Shown here: positions 52,585-64,000 of the stretch, piece by piece | Numbering within the stretch: position 1 is the stretch's first letter | How the letters are laid out: the number at the start of each line of letters is the position of its first letter | Origin: Octopus vulgaris | Taxonomy: Eukaryota | Reading direction: 5' to 3' | Assembly (NCBI GenBank): GCA_951406725.2 | Contig: OX597826.1 | Coordinates: forward strand, 69,936,001 to 70,000,000 | DNA: 64,000 bases | Notes under the pieces: generated by a model | What the model was told of the DNA's origin: nothing | Database searches by the model: none | Seen by the model: the letters and a program-made list of their open reading frames with translations, nothing else | Program-made: the position numbers and the translations under genes

Positions 52585-52984
52585 TATATACATATATGTA
52601 TGTATTTTTAATGAAAGGTTGCTTTATCGCCTCATGATTGCCGATGTTTCTCAGAAATTACATAATGTGTGTGTGTGTGTGTAGTGAGGGAAAGAGAGCA
52701 GAGAAACCAACAGATATCAAAACATAATTATATACACATATATATGTAAATAAATAGTTTATATGCATGAGTTCCAAACAAGCGCATATGTACTCCACGT
52801 TCCACATCTTAATTCGTTTAACCGGAGTATTTATCCGCTGAGTGTGCTCTACAATTAACTGCAAATTAGTTAGGGCTATGGCAAATATCTATGTAACGGA
52901 AATAATTACGAAGGAGATGAATCGAGAAGCCATTAGCGTAAAGGAGAAGCGTGTGTCCTTATATGTATGTGTTCTTTTATTCTT

Positions 52985-53160
52985 TTGTTTGTTTCAGGCA
53001 TTTGACTGCGACCATGCTGGAGCACAGCCTTGTAGTCGAGCAAATCGAACCCAGGACCTATTCTTTGTAAGCCTAGTACTTATTCTATCGTTCTACTTTG
53101 CCGAACCGCTATGTTACGGGGACGTAAACACACCGGTATTGGTTGTCAAGTGACACACAT

Positions 53161-53219
<59 letters not shown>

Positions 53220-53381
53220 ACGGGCTTCTTTCAGTTTCCTTCTACCAAATCCACTCGCAAGGCTTTGGTCGGCCCGACGCTATAGTTGAAGACACTTGCA
53301 CAAGATTTCACACAACAGCACTGAACCCAGAACCATGTGATTGGTAAGCAAGCTACTTACCACAAAGCCACTCCTGCGCCT

Positions 53382-53382
<1 letters not shown>
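52985..53382 (-). mobile_element. SINE family A, full length
   Basis: Match to 21520-21932. Confidence 0.86.
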
Positions 53383-53456
<74 letters not shown>

Positions 53457-53592
53457 TATGAGAGGTAATGGTGTCAATAAGACCCAAAGGTGTCAGGTAA
53501 TGCTGAGTATGTGATGTGAACAGTCTATGGTTAAGCTCCAGGTTCGGTGATGATGCGAGTGGGGAGTCCAACGTAGGTCAAATATCAGCATG

Positions 53593-53824
53593 TGTATATA
53601 TAAAAAAAATTTCAGAATAAGATAAAAATCGAAGGCTTGGAAAGATTTTAAAACATTTATAAATAGGTCTTACAGCTATTTCCGCGATATTTTATATATC
53701 CCTTCATCGGAGACGGAAGGGATATATAAAATATCTCGGAAACAGCTTTAAGACCTATCTATAAATGTTCTAAAATCTTTCACAGTCTTGGATTTTGATC
53801 TCATTCTGAAAATTTATATATACA
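53593..53824. repeat. Head-to-head inverted repeat (arms ~110 bp, 10-nt spacer)
   Basis: 53593-53705 versus 53716-53824, moderately diverged. Confidence 0.88.
53667..53714 (-). ncRNA. Minimal hammerhead-like motif (CCGAUGA variant) in the left arm of the inverted repeat
   Basis: GTCT-CCGATGA-AGG GATAT..ATATC GCG-GAAA-TAGCT-GTA-AGAC. Stem I is GTCT/AGAC; the two arms together imply palindromic stem III ACAGCTGT. Confidence 0.55.
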
Positions 53825-53901
53825 TATATATATATATATAGATATGTATCTATGTATATATATATATATTTCCTTGATGTTTGGGAATCTATGATGTTTT
53901 T

Positions 53902-53986
53902 TCGGCTGATGAGTACGAGCCACCTATATTTACTGCAATTTTTGTAGCTTTATTAAAGATGTCCTCGTACGAAACAATTGTACCGA
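53902..53986 (+). ncRNA. Type I hammerhead ribozyme, canonical core
   Basis: TCGG-CTGATGA-GTACGAG[~44 nt]CTCGTAC-GAAAC-AATT-GTA-CCGA. 4-bp stem I, 7-bp stem II, palindromic stem III ACAATTGT. Predicted cleavage after 53982. Confidence 0.82.
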
Positions 53987-54137
53987 TATATTGATCCATT
54001 CTTGTTGCTTTTTTCCTATTTGTAATCACCTCATTTTGTCGTATGGTTAACACCATATAGATTTCCGGTGCATCCTAGTTAAGGACCATATTCATGTGAA
54101 TTCATTAGAACTCACTTGAATCTCAATTACTTAAACC

Positions 54138-54261
<124 letters not shown>

Positions 54262-54435
54262 TATTTATACACATATATATATATAAATGTTCTTTACTAT
54301 ACACGAAATATGAGACCAAACTGATTTTAATTTCCAATTTTTTCTTAATGGTTGATAAGATGGTCCTTCATATCGAAACCGGTAATATTTTATAAAATGT
54401 TACTTAATGTAACAAATATAAAACAATTTGTAAAC

Positions 54436-55350
54436 ATACATACATACATACATGCATGCATACATACATACATACATACATACATACATACATACATACA
54501 TACATACATACATACATACATACATACATACATACATACATACATACATACATACATACATACATACATACATACATACATACATACATACATACATACA
54601 TACATACATCCATCCATACATACATACATACATACATACATACATACATACATACATACATACATACATACATACATACATACATACATACATACATACA
54701 TACATACATACATACATACATACATACATACATGCATACATACATACATACATACATACATACATACATACATGCATACATACATACATACATACATACA
54801 TACATACATACATACATACATACATACATACATGCATACATACATACATACATACATACATACATACATACATACATACATACATACATACATACATGCA
54901 TACATACATACATACATACATACATACATACATACATACATGCATACATACATACATACATACATACATACATACATACATACATACATGCATGCATACA
55001 TACATACATACATACATACATACATACATACATACATACATACATACATACATACATACATACATACATACATACATACATACATACATACATACATACA
55101 TACATACATACATACATACATACATACATACATACATACATACATACATACATACATACATACATACATACATACATACATACATACATACATACATACA
55201 TACATACATACATGTACATACATACATACATACATACATGCATACATGCATACATACATACATACATACATACATACATACATACATACATACATACATA
55301 CATACATACATACATACATACATACATACATACATACATACATACATACA
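54436..55350. repeat. (ATAC)n tract of ~915 bp
   Basis: Direct reading; sparse ATGC interruptions. Confidence 0.98.
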
Positions 55351-55518
55351 TGAAATTAATAATAACACACAGGATTTGACCTTTATGTTTTCTCTGTTGA
55401 ACTTGTGGCCTCAAACGAAGACATTAAGCGCTTGCGGTTAATGTTTTCTATAACCAAGCTTGGGTCACGTAACAGTTGTCTGGGTCACTCAATTAACATG
55501 TGCGCTTCTTTTTTGCAT

Positions 55519-56268
<750 letters not shown>

Positions 56269-57031
56269 ATTTATCTTTTACTCAATCCCTGTCAATTTTT
56301 GCTTGGATGATTTCTTCGATTTCTCCAAGAGAATTCCAAGACAAGGAGAAAGCATTGCAAGAAATGTCAACAGTTCCGAGTCAATCTGATGGGGAGACGT
56401 ATAGAGGAGGTAAGCCAAACGGGTGTCGCATATTCCTATTATTCCCTGTATCTTTTTCTATTCTTTTGCAGATTGCTTAACAAACAAAGGTATTTGTTCC
56501 CAGTGAAATGTATCTATTTACATCTAATTGTGAGATGAGTCAGCGAGCGAGACGGATGATTGTCTTAATCAAGGACAGAATAAACATACATAATCAAGTT
56601 TCAAAAAGTAGAACATCCGTTACTAGTCAGGCCAGTTACATACGGCTTTCAAAGAATATACAAGTATATATAAAAAAAAAAAATTTAATTGGTTTAAAAA
56701 ATTAAACGTGATCCAGGAACGTAGTCATGACTAAACAACGATAAAAACCTAGTCACATGCGGGTCAGATATATCGCGCCAGTCGGAACTTTATCAAAGGC
56801 TCACTTGATCTGATCAGAGCTGACCTTGGTATGAAGGGTGGCCGAAAATAAAATGATAGTTGCCATTATCTTTGTTCTCGTCATCATCATTTTCGTCATC
56901 AACAACATCGGGAGTGACAACACGATTGTTCTTATACATACCTATATACATACATACACGCGCACATATACTCGCACACACACATACACACACAGTATGC
57001 ATGCGTGCATACACACACACCACGCGCGCAC

Positions 57032-57113
<82 letters not shown>

Positions 57114-57139
57114 GTGTGTGTATATATACATATATACAA

Positions 57140-57442
<303 letters not shown>

Positions 57443-57794
57443 CCAGAGACCTTACTGTGAGTGTTGCTTGATTCTGTGAATCTTCATTTCGTTGCATATA
57501 GGGACACAACACGCTGAGCGCCCCAGGGATATCCGACTTGAAAATGGGTCTTCTGCTACTCAGCGCTTTCGCTCTACCGACCATTCTCCCAGCACCTTTC
57601 TGTCATACTCTTAACCTCCAACACAGAATCTTACCATTCTCTCTTTTCCTTTCTTCCCTTGTCCACGAAGTCCAACCCGTACACCCACCGCACTCCATCA
57701 GCACTGGTCTCTTCCATCCACCGTCCACACCATAGCCCTCTGTATCCTCGCACTTAAACTAATACTTCACATACATTAATTCCAAGCTTCCACA

Positions 57795-58210
57795 TAGGCG
57801 TAGGAGTGGCTGCATGGTAAGTAGCTTGCTTACCAACCACATGGTTCCGAGTTCAGTCCCACTGCGTGGCACCTTGGGCAAGTGTCTTCTACTATAGCCT
57901 CGGGCTGACCAAAACCTTGTGAGTGGATTTGGTAGACGGAAACTGAAAGAAGCCCGTCGTATATATGAATATATATATATGTGTGTATGTATATGTTTGT
58001 GTGTCTGTGTTTGCCCCCCCCCAGCATCGCTTGATCACCGATGCTGGTGTGTTTACGTCTCCGTAACTTAGCGGTTCGAAAAAGAGACCGACAGAATAAG
58101 TACTAGGCTTAAAAAGAATAAGTCCCGGGGTCGATTTGGTCGACTAAAGGCAGTGCTCCAGCATGGCCACAGTCACACGACTGAAACAAGTAAAAGAGAG
58201 TAAAAGAGTA
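57795..58210 (+). mobile_element. SINE family A, full length
   Basis: Match to 21520-21932. Confidence 0.9.
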
Positions 58211-58298
58211 TACTCACACTACCCTTCATACATACCTATTTACACGCACACACTCACACACACACATGCGCGCGCACACACACACACACACACCTTTA

Positions 58299-58885
58299 TA
58301 CGAGTGGTGTGCTGAAAAGTTCCTGGTTTTCAGGGTATTGTAAAGGGTCTGGTTGGAGGGCCAATCTTCTGAATTCTCTTACACGGCTTAGTAAAACTGA
58401 AGGACCGCTGCAATAACTGTGGAAATCTTAATGGAGAATATCTTTTATCTTTTACGTGTTTCAGTCATTAGACTGCGGCCAAGCTGGAGCACCACCTTGA
58501 ATCGACCCGGTGTTGTTTTTTAAGCCTGGCAATTGTTCTATCGGTCTCCTTTGCTGAGCCGCTAAATTATGGGTACGTAAACACACCAACACCGGTTGTC
58601 AAGTGGTTATGGTGGGGAAAAACACAGCACACACACACACACACATATATATATACGACAGGCTTATTTCAGTTTCCGTATACCAAATCCAGTTACAAGG
58701 CTTTGGTCGGCCCGAGGCTATACAGAAAGAGCCACGCAGTGGAACTGAACCCGGAACCATGTGGTTGGGAAGCAAGCTCCTTACCACTCAACTAATCCTG
58801 CGTCTTTATGTTGAATAAAATCATAACTGAACCTCCTGTATTTTCTTTTACCCAAAAGCCAAGACCTTGTCAGCACCTCCTCGTA
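58299..58885 (+). mobile_element. Mariner-derived MITE with a nested minus-strand SINE A (58443-58805)
   Basis: TIRs TACGAGTGGTGTGCTGAAAAGTTCCTGG / CCAAGACCTTGTCAGCACCTCCTCGTA. The residual transposase end KLKDRCNNC..LNGEY|VE* is split by the SINE. Confidence 0.78.
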
Positions 58886-59005
58886 CATGCATGTGTGCGC
58901 ATGCACACACATCACTATTCAGTTCATATTTTATCAATTTCACACACGCACACACACACAGGGTCATGCTGACACAAACACACAAGCACACTGACACATA
59001 CATAC

Positions 59006-59360
59006 GGAAGCACTCCGGTTGAATCAACGGAACAGCCTGCTCGTGAAATTAACGTGTAAGTGGCTGAGCACTCCACGGACACGTGTACCCTTAACGTAGT
59101 TCTCGGGGATATTCAGCGTGACACGGAGAGTGACAAGGCCGGCCCTTTGAAATACAGGTACAACAGAAACAGGAAGTAAGAGTGAGAGAAAGTTGTGGTG
59201 AAAGAGTACAGCAGGGATCACCACCATCCCCTGCCGGAGCCTCGTGGAGCTTTAGGTGTTTTCGCTCAATAAACACTCACAACGCCCGGTCTGGGAATCG
59301 AAACCGCGATCCTATGACCGCGAGTCCGCTGCCCTAACCACTGGGCCATTGCGCCTCCAC
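59006..59360 (-). mobile_element. SINE family C with a candidate 12-bp TSD
   Basis: Near-identical to 30163-30538; ACACATACATAC at 58994-59005 and 59361-59372. Confidence 0.88.
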
Positions 59361-60069
59361 ACACATACATACACACACATTCTTAACACTTGTTCTCATT
59401 CACACCTTAGAATCACTTAATTCTCGCTCTCCGTTCTACTCATCAATTTAGCAACGGTCAAGCCACTTGCTTGGCTGTTGCTTACTTGACAGTCTCACGC
59501 AACCATACCGACATATTGCAGTCGCATACCTCCCTTTGATCTTCCCTTCTCTACAAATGAAAACTTTTGTTTCCTACTTCCGTCTGCCATTTTTCCAGCT
59601 CTCCAATAGCACGCTTCAACCATTTTCATACGTTCTCACATCTACGTTATTTCACTTTTTTTCTTGGATATTTTCCCATCTTTTATCATCTTATTGGACT
59701 TTTAATCTCTTTTTGGAACTTTTGGAACTTCGCCATCTCAAACTATTTCAGGATCTTTCGTTTCATATTGGATTTCCTGCTTCTCAAACTTCAATTTCTC
59801 TTTCTTTATTTTTGGTCTTTGCTTCGCGAGCATGCGCCGCATAAAACGTTTCCAATCAACATATTTGTCTTTGCGCACACGCGCACACATAAACCATCCG
59901 AAATCATTTCTTACCTTTTGTCAAATTCACATTATTTTCTTGGCGGGGTACTTTTTCCCCCGTCTTCTTGAGCTTTTACTGTGTTCTCGAACTCTGAACT
60001 CTGCATTACCTTTTGTAATCTTTAGGATTTTACTATCTCGAACTTTTACTGAACCCTTTATCCCATATT

Positions 60070-60582
60070 GTGGAGGTGCGTGGCTTAGTGGTTAGGGTGT
60101 CAGCATCATGATCATAAGATTGTGGTTTCGATTCCTGGACCGGGCGATGCGTTGTGTTCTTGAGCAAAACACTTCATTTCACGTTTCTCCAGTCCGCCCA
60201 GCTGGCAAAAATGAGTAACACTGCGATGGACTGGCGTCCCGTCCAGCTGGGGAACACATACGCCATTGAAACTGGGAAACCGGGCCCATGAGCCTGGCTA
60301 GGTTTTAAAAAGGGCGCATTTATTTTGTGGAGGCGCGTGGCCTAGTGGTTAGGGTGTCAGCATCATGATCATAAGATTGTGGTTTCGATTCCTGGACCGG
60401 GCGATGTGTTGTGTTCTTGAGCAAACCACTTCATTTCACGTTGCCCGAGTCCACTCAGCTGGCAAAAATGAGTAATGCTGCGATGGACTGGCGTCCCGTC
60501 CAGCTGGGGAACGCATACGCCATAGAAACCGAGAAAACGGGCCCATGAGCCTGGCTAGGCTTTAAAAGGGCGCATTTATTTT
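60070..60582 (+). mobile_element. Head-to-tail dimer of SINE family D inside one 13-bp TSD
   Basis: Monomers at ~60070-60326 and 60327-60582; TTTATCCCATATT at 60057-60069 and 60580-60592. Confidence 0.9.
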
Positions 60583-60797
60583 ATCCCATATTAAGTTTGC
60601 ACCTTCTTGGTTCAACCTTCCGCTCTTTACTTCACAGTCGAACACCAGACAAAACGTTTCTACCACTACACGCTTTTCTTTATGAAAATCCATGCACACA
60701 AATAACTCCGTTCGTCCTGCCGACGTCATTCTACACTTTTAGTCATACATACACACATTCACTCACTCACTCTCTCCCCCTCTCTCCTTGTCTCACT

Positions 60798-60839
<42 letters not shown>

Positions 60840-61544
60840 GTCTTACACACACGCACTTACACCTCATATTCAACAACTAACAATCCTTTACACCCAACTA
60901 ACAAACGCCCCCACATGTACACACTTTCTGACGTTTATAAAGGTTTGTACATCTCGCCAACGTACACACCTATTTCATTCTTCTGATCCTCACGTCTAAA
61001 CGCAAATTCTTAGATATATTACTACCACCTCCTTGCCTGGGTTTCTTCACATAACGGCATTTCCCTTTCCGTTTTCTACTTCTTCTTACCTCTTGCTCCC
61101 TTTACACACCATGTTTTTATCATTATAATTTATTTATATTGTCTAAATACTTTTCAGCAAACTTATAATTTCTTCTACAAGACTTAACATTTCTCTCTCT
61201 ACATAACATGCATAATTATATGAGCATCTGAAACAGCTGTAAAGATCAGGCCTGCTTGTATTAAGTAAAATGTATATGGCATGTTTCATATAAATATAAT
61301 GGTTAAATTGTCGTTTCTCTCTCACTCCATCTCTCTCGCTCTCTCTCTCTCTCACTCTTTCACTCTCTCACTCTCTCCTGATTTTTCTCTTTTGATGAAG
61401 GACTAAAACCCAAAACGTCAATATTTGTTCTGAGTTATTTTGTTCGTTTTATTTTTGCTTTGCGAGAGAGACCACGCATGTGTGTATGTATTTTTTGTAC
61501 ATATTTTTATGAAGACATACAGAAAGATAAACTGGCAGACAATC

Positions 61545-61567
61545 AGACAGGCAGACAGACAGATAGC

Positions 61568-61648
<81 letters not shown>

Positions 61649-61717
61649 GGATGGATGGATGGATGGATGGATGGATGGATAGATAGATAGATAGATAGAT
61701 AGATGGATGGATGGATG

Positions 61718-61780
<63 letters not shown>

Positions 61781-61805
61781 GGATGGATGGATGGATGGAT
61801 GGATG

Positions 61806-61882
<77 letters not shown>
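61545..61882. repeat. Compound (GATA)n/(GGAT)n tract
   Basis: Direct reading. Confidence 0.97.
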
Positions 61883-61883
<1 letters not shown>

Positions 61884-63009
61884 ACGGTGGGGGTCAAAAG
61901 AGATATATTCATGGACCTACAATGGATTTTCTACTCAGTTGTTAGAAGAGTAGATCGATTTGGGGCTTAAACAAAACAACAACAACAACAAAAATAACAA
62001 CAGTGTACATGTGACTAGTAGCACAACCTGCCAAAACGAGTTGCCAAATTTGCTTCAAACGGTACCCAAAGTGTTTATAGAAAAAGAGTGGATGCATTAA
62101 ATAATGTAGTACTAAAAAACTATGTATTGGAAAAAAAAAAGTTGGTAGTCAGGAGTGGATTTCCTTTGATAAATTCTCTGCTCCATCACAGATAACCTGG
62201 AGCTAAATAAACAACAACAACAACAACAACAACAAAAGCAGAGTAACAAATGTAAGATGAAAGCAACCGCCGCGTAAATTCGGGCGGGGTTTAAATATTT
62301 TAATGGCGGCAATCAATATTATATTGGTCAATAGAAACAAAGAAAGACGGGGAGAGGGAGAGAGGGAGAGAGGAACAGAGAGACAAACAGATAGATAGGC
62401 AGACAGATAGACAGACAATAAGACACACAGACACACAGAAGAGAAAAAAAAAGGAGGGGGCAGAAAGAATGTATGGTTAACAGTTATATTTATAACCGTT
62501 TGGAAAAAAACTAGACGTCATCCTTGTTAGTGATATGATATCATTGATATATGTTAATGGCACGGAATTGTTATTACCGACAAATTATTTGTTATATGGG
62601 AAGGTAATTATCTGTATTTGTGGTCATATGCATGCATGTATGTAGGTATGAGTATTTGTTTGTTTGTTTGTTTGTGTGTGTGTGTGAAAATGTTGCTGCG
62701 AATAAGTTTGTTTCACTATGTAGGGTTTGTATGTCTACAAATATATCTATATATGTATATAGGTATGTATGAGTCTGTCCGTTTGCTTGTACGTACGTAT
62801 GTATGTATGTATGTATGTATGTATGTATGTATGTATTATGTATGTATGTATGTATGTATGTATGTATGTATGTATGTATGTATGTATGTATGTATGTGTG
62901 AAATAGTGGTGGGTGCCCCGGCATGGCCACAGCCTTAGGGCTCAAACGTATAAAAGGTGCGTAAGATATTTGAGGATAGATTTATGTTTATAAAAGAAAA
63001 CAGATATAT

Positions 63010-63884
63010 AATAACAAATAATAACTTTATTTAACAAAAAATGCTATGAGGATAAAAATAAACTTTCTTTTCTATAATGTTATTTAATAAAGCCACCTTC
63101 AGCTTCAACAACTGCTTTTGTATGAGATCTAAATCATCTACATGCTCGAATCAAGTGGGTCTGGTTAATTTCGGACATTACTCTGACTATGGCAGCTTTC
63201 AAAGAAACTTTGGTGTTACAAGCGTGTTCATTGACCTCTCTCTCAACAACGTTCCACATGTAATAGTCCAATGGATTGAGATCTGGGGAATTAATGGGCC
63301 AAATGTTAGGGGTTATGTGATCATGAAAATTTTCAGCCATCCATTCCTGTGTCACTAGAGCCAAGTGTGATAGTGCAGAGTCTTACTGAAACACATATGG
63401 CCTTCCATTGTATACGTTGTCTATCCAGGGCTTGACAATTATTTCCAGGACCTCAATGCAGGCGGCAGAGTTAACTGTCAGGCCTTGTGGAAAGAAGTAA
63501 GGAAGCATCACATGTCCTTTATTGCTGACAACCCCTAAAACCGTGAGAGTTGCAGGAAATTTTATATGCATAACATTTGGAACTTCAGAATGCTCTGCAC
63601 ATAACAAATCTGTCATTTCTTCTGTTAATTTTTTGATCTTGGTCGATGTTTTTCTTGTTTGAGAAAGACCAAATTATATCTTCTTCTGCTGGATTTTTCA
63701 GTCTGTTAAAGAGCTTTTTAGATCTGATGTAGTGATTTTCTTTTGCTTTTTCGGACAAATTGCCCTTTCCCTCATCATATAAGACTTGTATCTGATGTCT
63801 TCCTGGACAACATTTCTGGCTGTTCCTTCTGACACATGGAGATCTTTTGCAATTGACCTCATGGACTTCTGGGATTGTAATCAA
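63010..63884 (-). mobile_element. Decayed Tc1/mariner transposase (maT/DD37D-like), fragmented
   Basis: WSFSNKKNIDQDQKINRRNDR / MHIKFPATLTVLGVVSNKGHVMLPYFF...KPWIDNVYNGRPYVFQ* / WPINSPDLNPLDYYMW; stops and frameshifts. Confidence 0.88.
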
Positions 63885-63969
63885 TGGTCAGTTGTCAAGC
63901 GGTGTGGAGGACAAACACAAAGTCAGACATGCACAAACACACCCCTTCCCCATACACACACACTCATTC

Positions 63970-64000
<31 letters not shown>

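Noticed and set aside
54352-55441. Six overlapping ORFs of 300+ aa (HTYI/MYVC repeats)
   Set aside because: They are translations of an (ATAC)n microsatellite that lacks stops in all frames

Overview
This is AT-rich eukaryotic DNA full of microsatellites and interspersed repeats. The SINE repertoire and repeat density strongly suggest an octopus (coleoid cephalopod) intron or intergenic region; this is an inference from pattern recognition, not a database result. No host protein-coding gene could be supported, and nearly all ORFs in the track are microsatellite translations. Recognisable content: (i) about 35 copies or fragments of at least four tRNA-derived SINE families; (ii) decayed non-LTR retrotransposon fragments (three R4/Dong-like and one Hero-like RLE fragment, one RTE, one CR1-like); (iii) Tc1/mariner, pogo-like MITE, hAT and Helitron-type remnants; (iv) many Penelope-like element (PLE) pieces, including a GIY-YIG fragment. 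The most interesting signal is about ten minimal type I hammerhead ribozyme motifs from several unrelated sequence families, with palindromic stem III. Two have a canonical core (14277-14330, 53902-53986). Several sit in head-to-head fold-back inverted repeats whose inner breakpoints fall at the ribozyme CUGANGA box, and one lies in a spacer-less ~1.24 kb palindrome (8079-9314). All coordinates and pairings were read by eye, so repeat boundaries are approximate.
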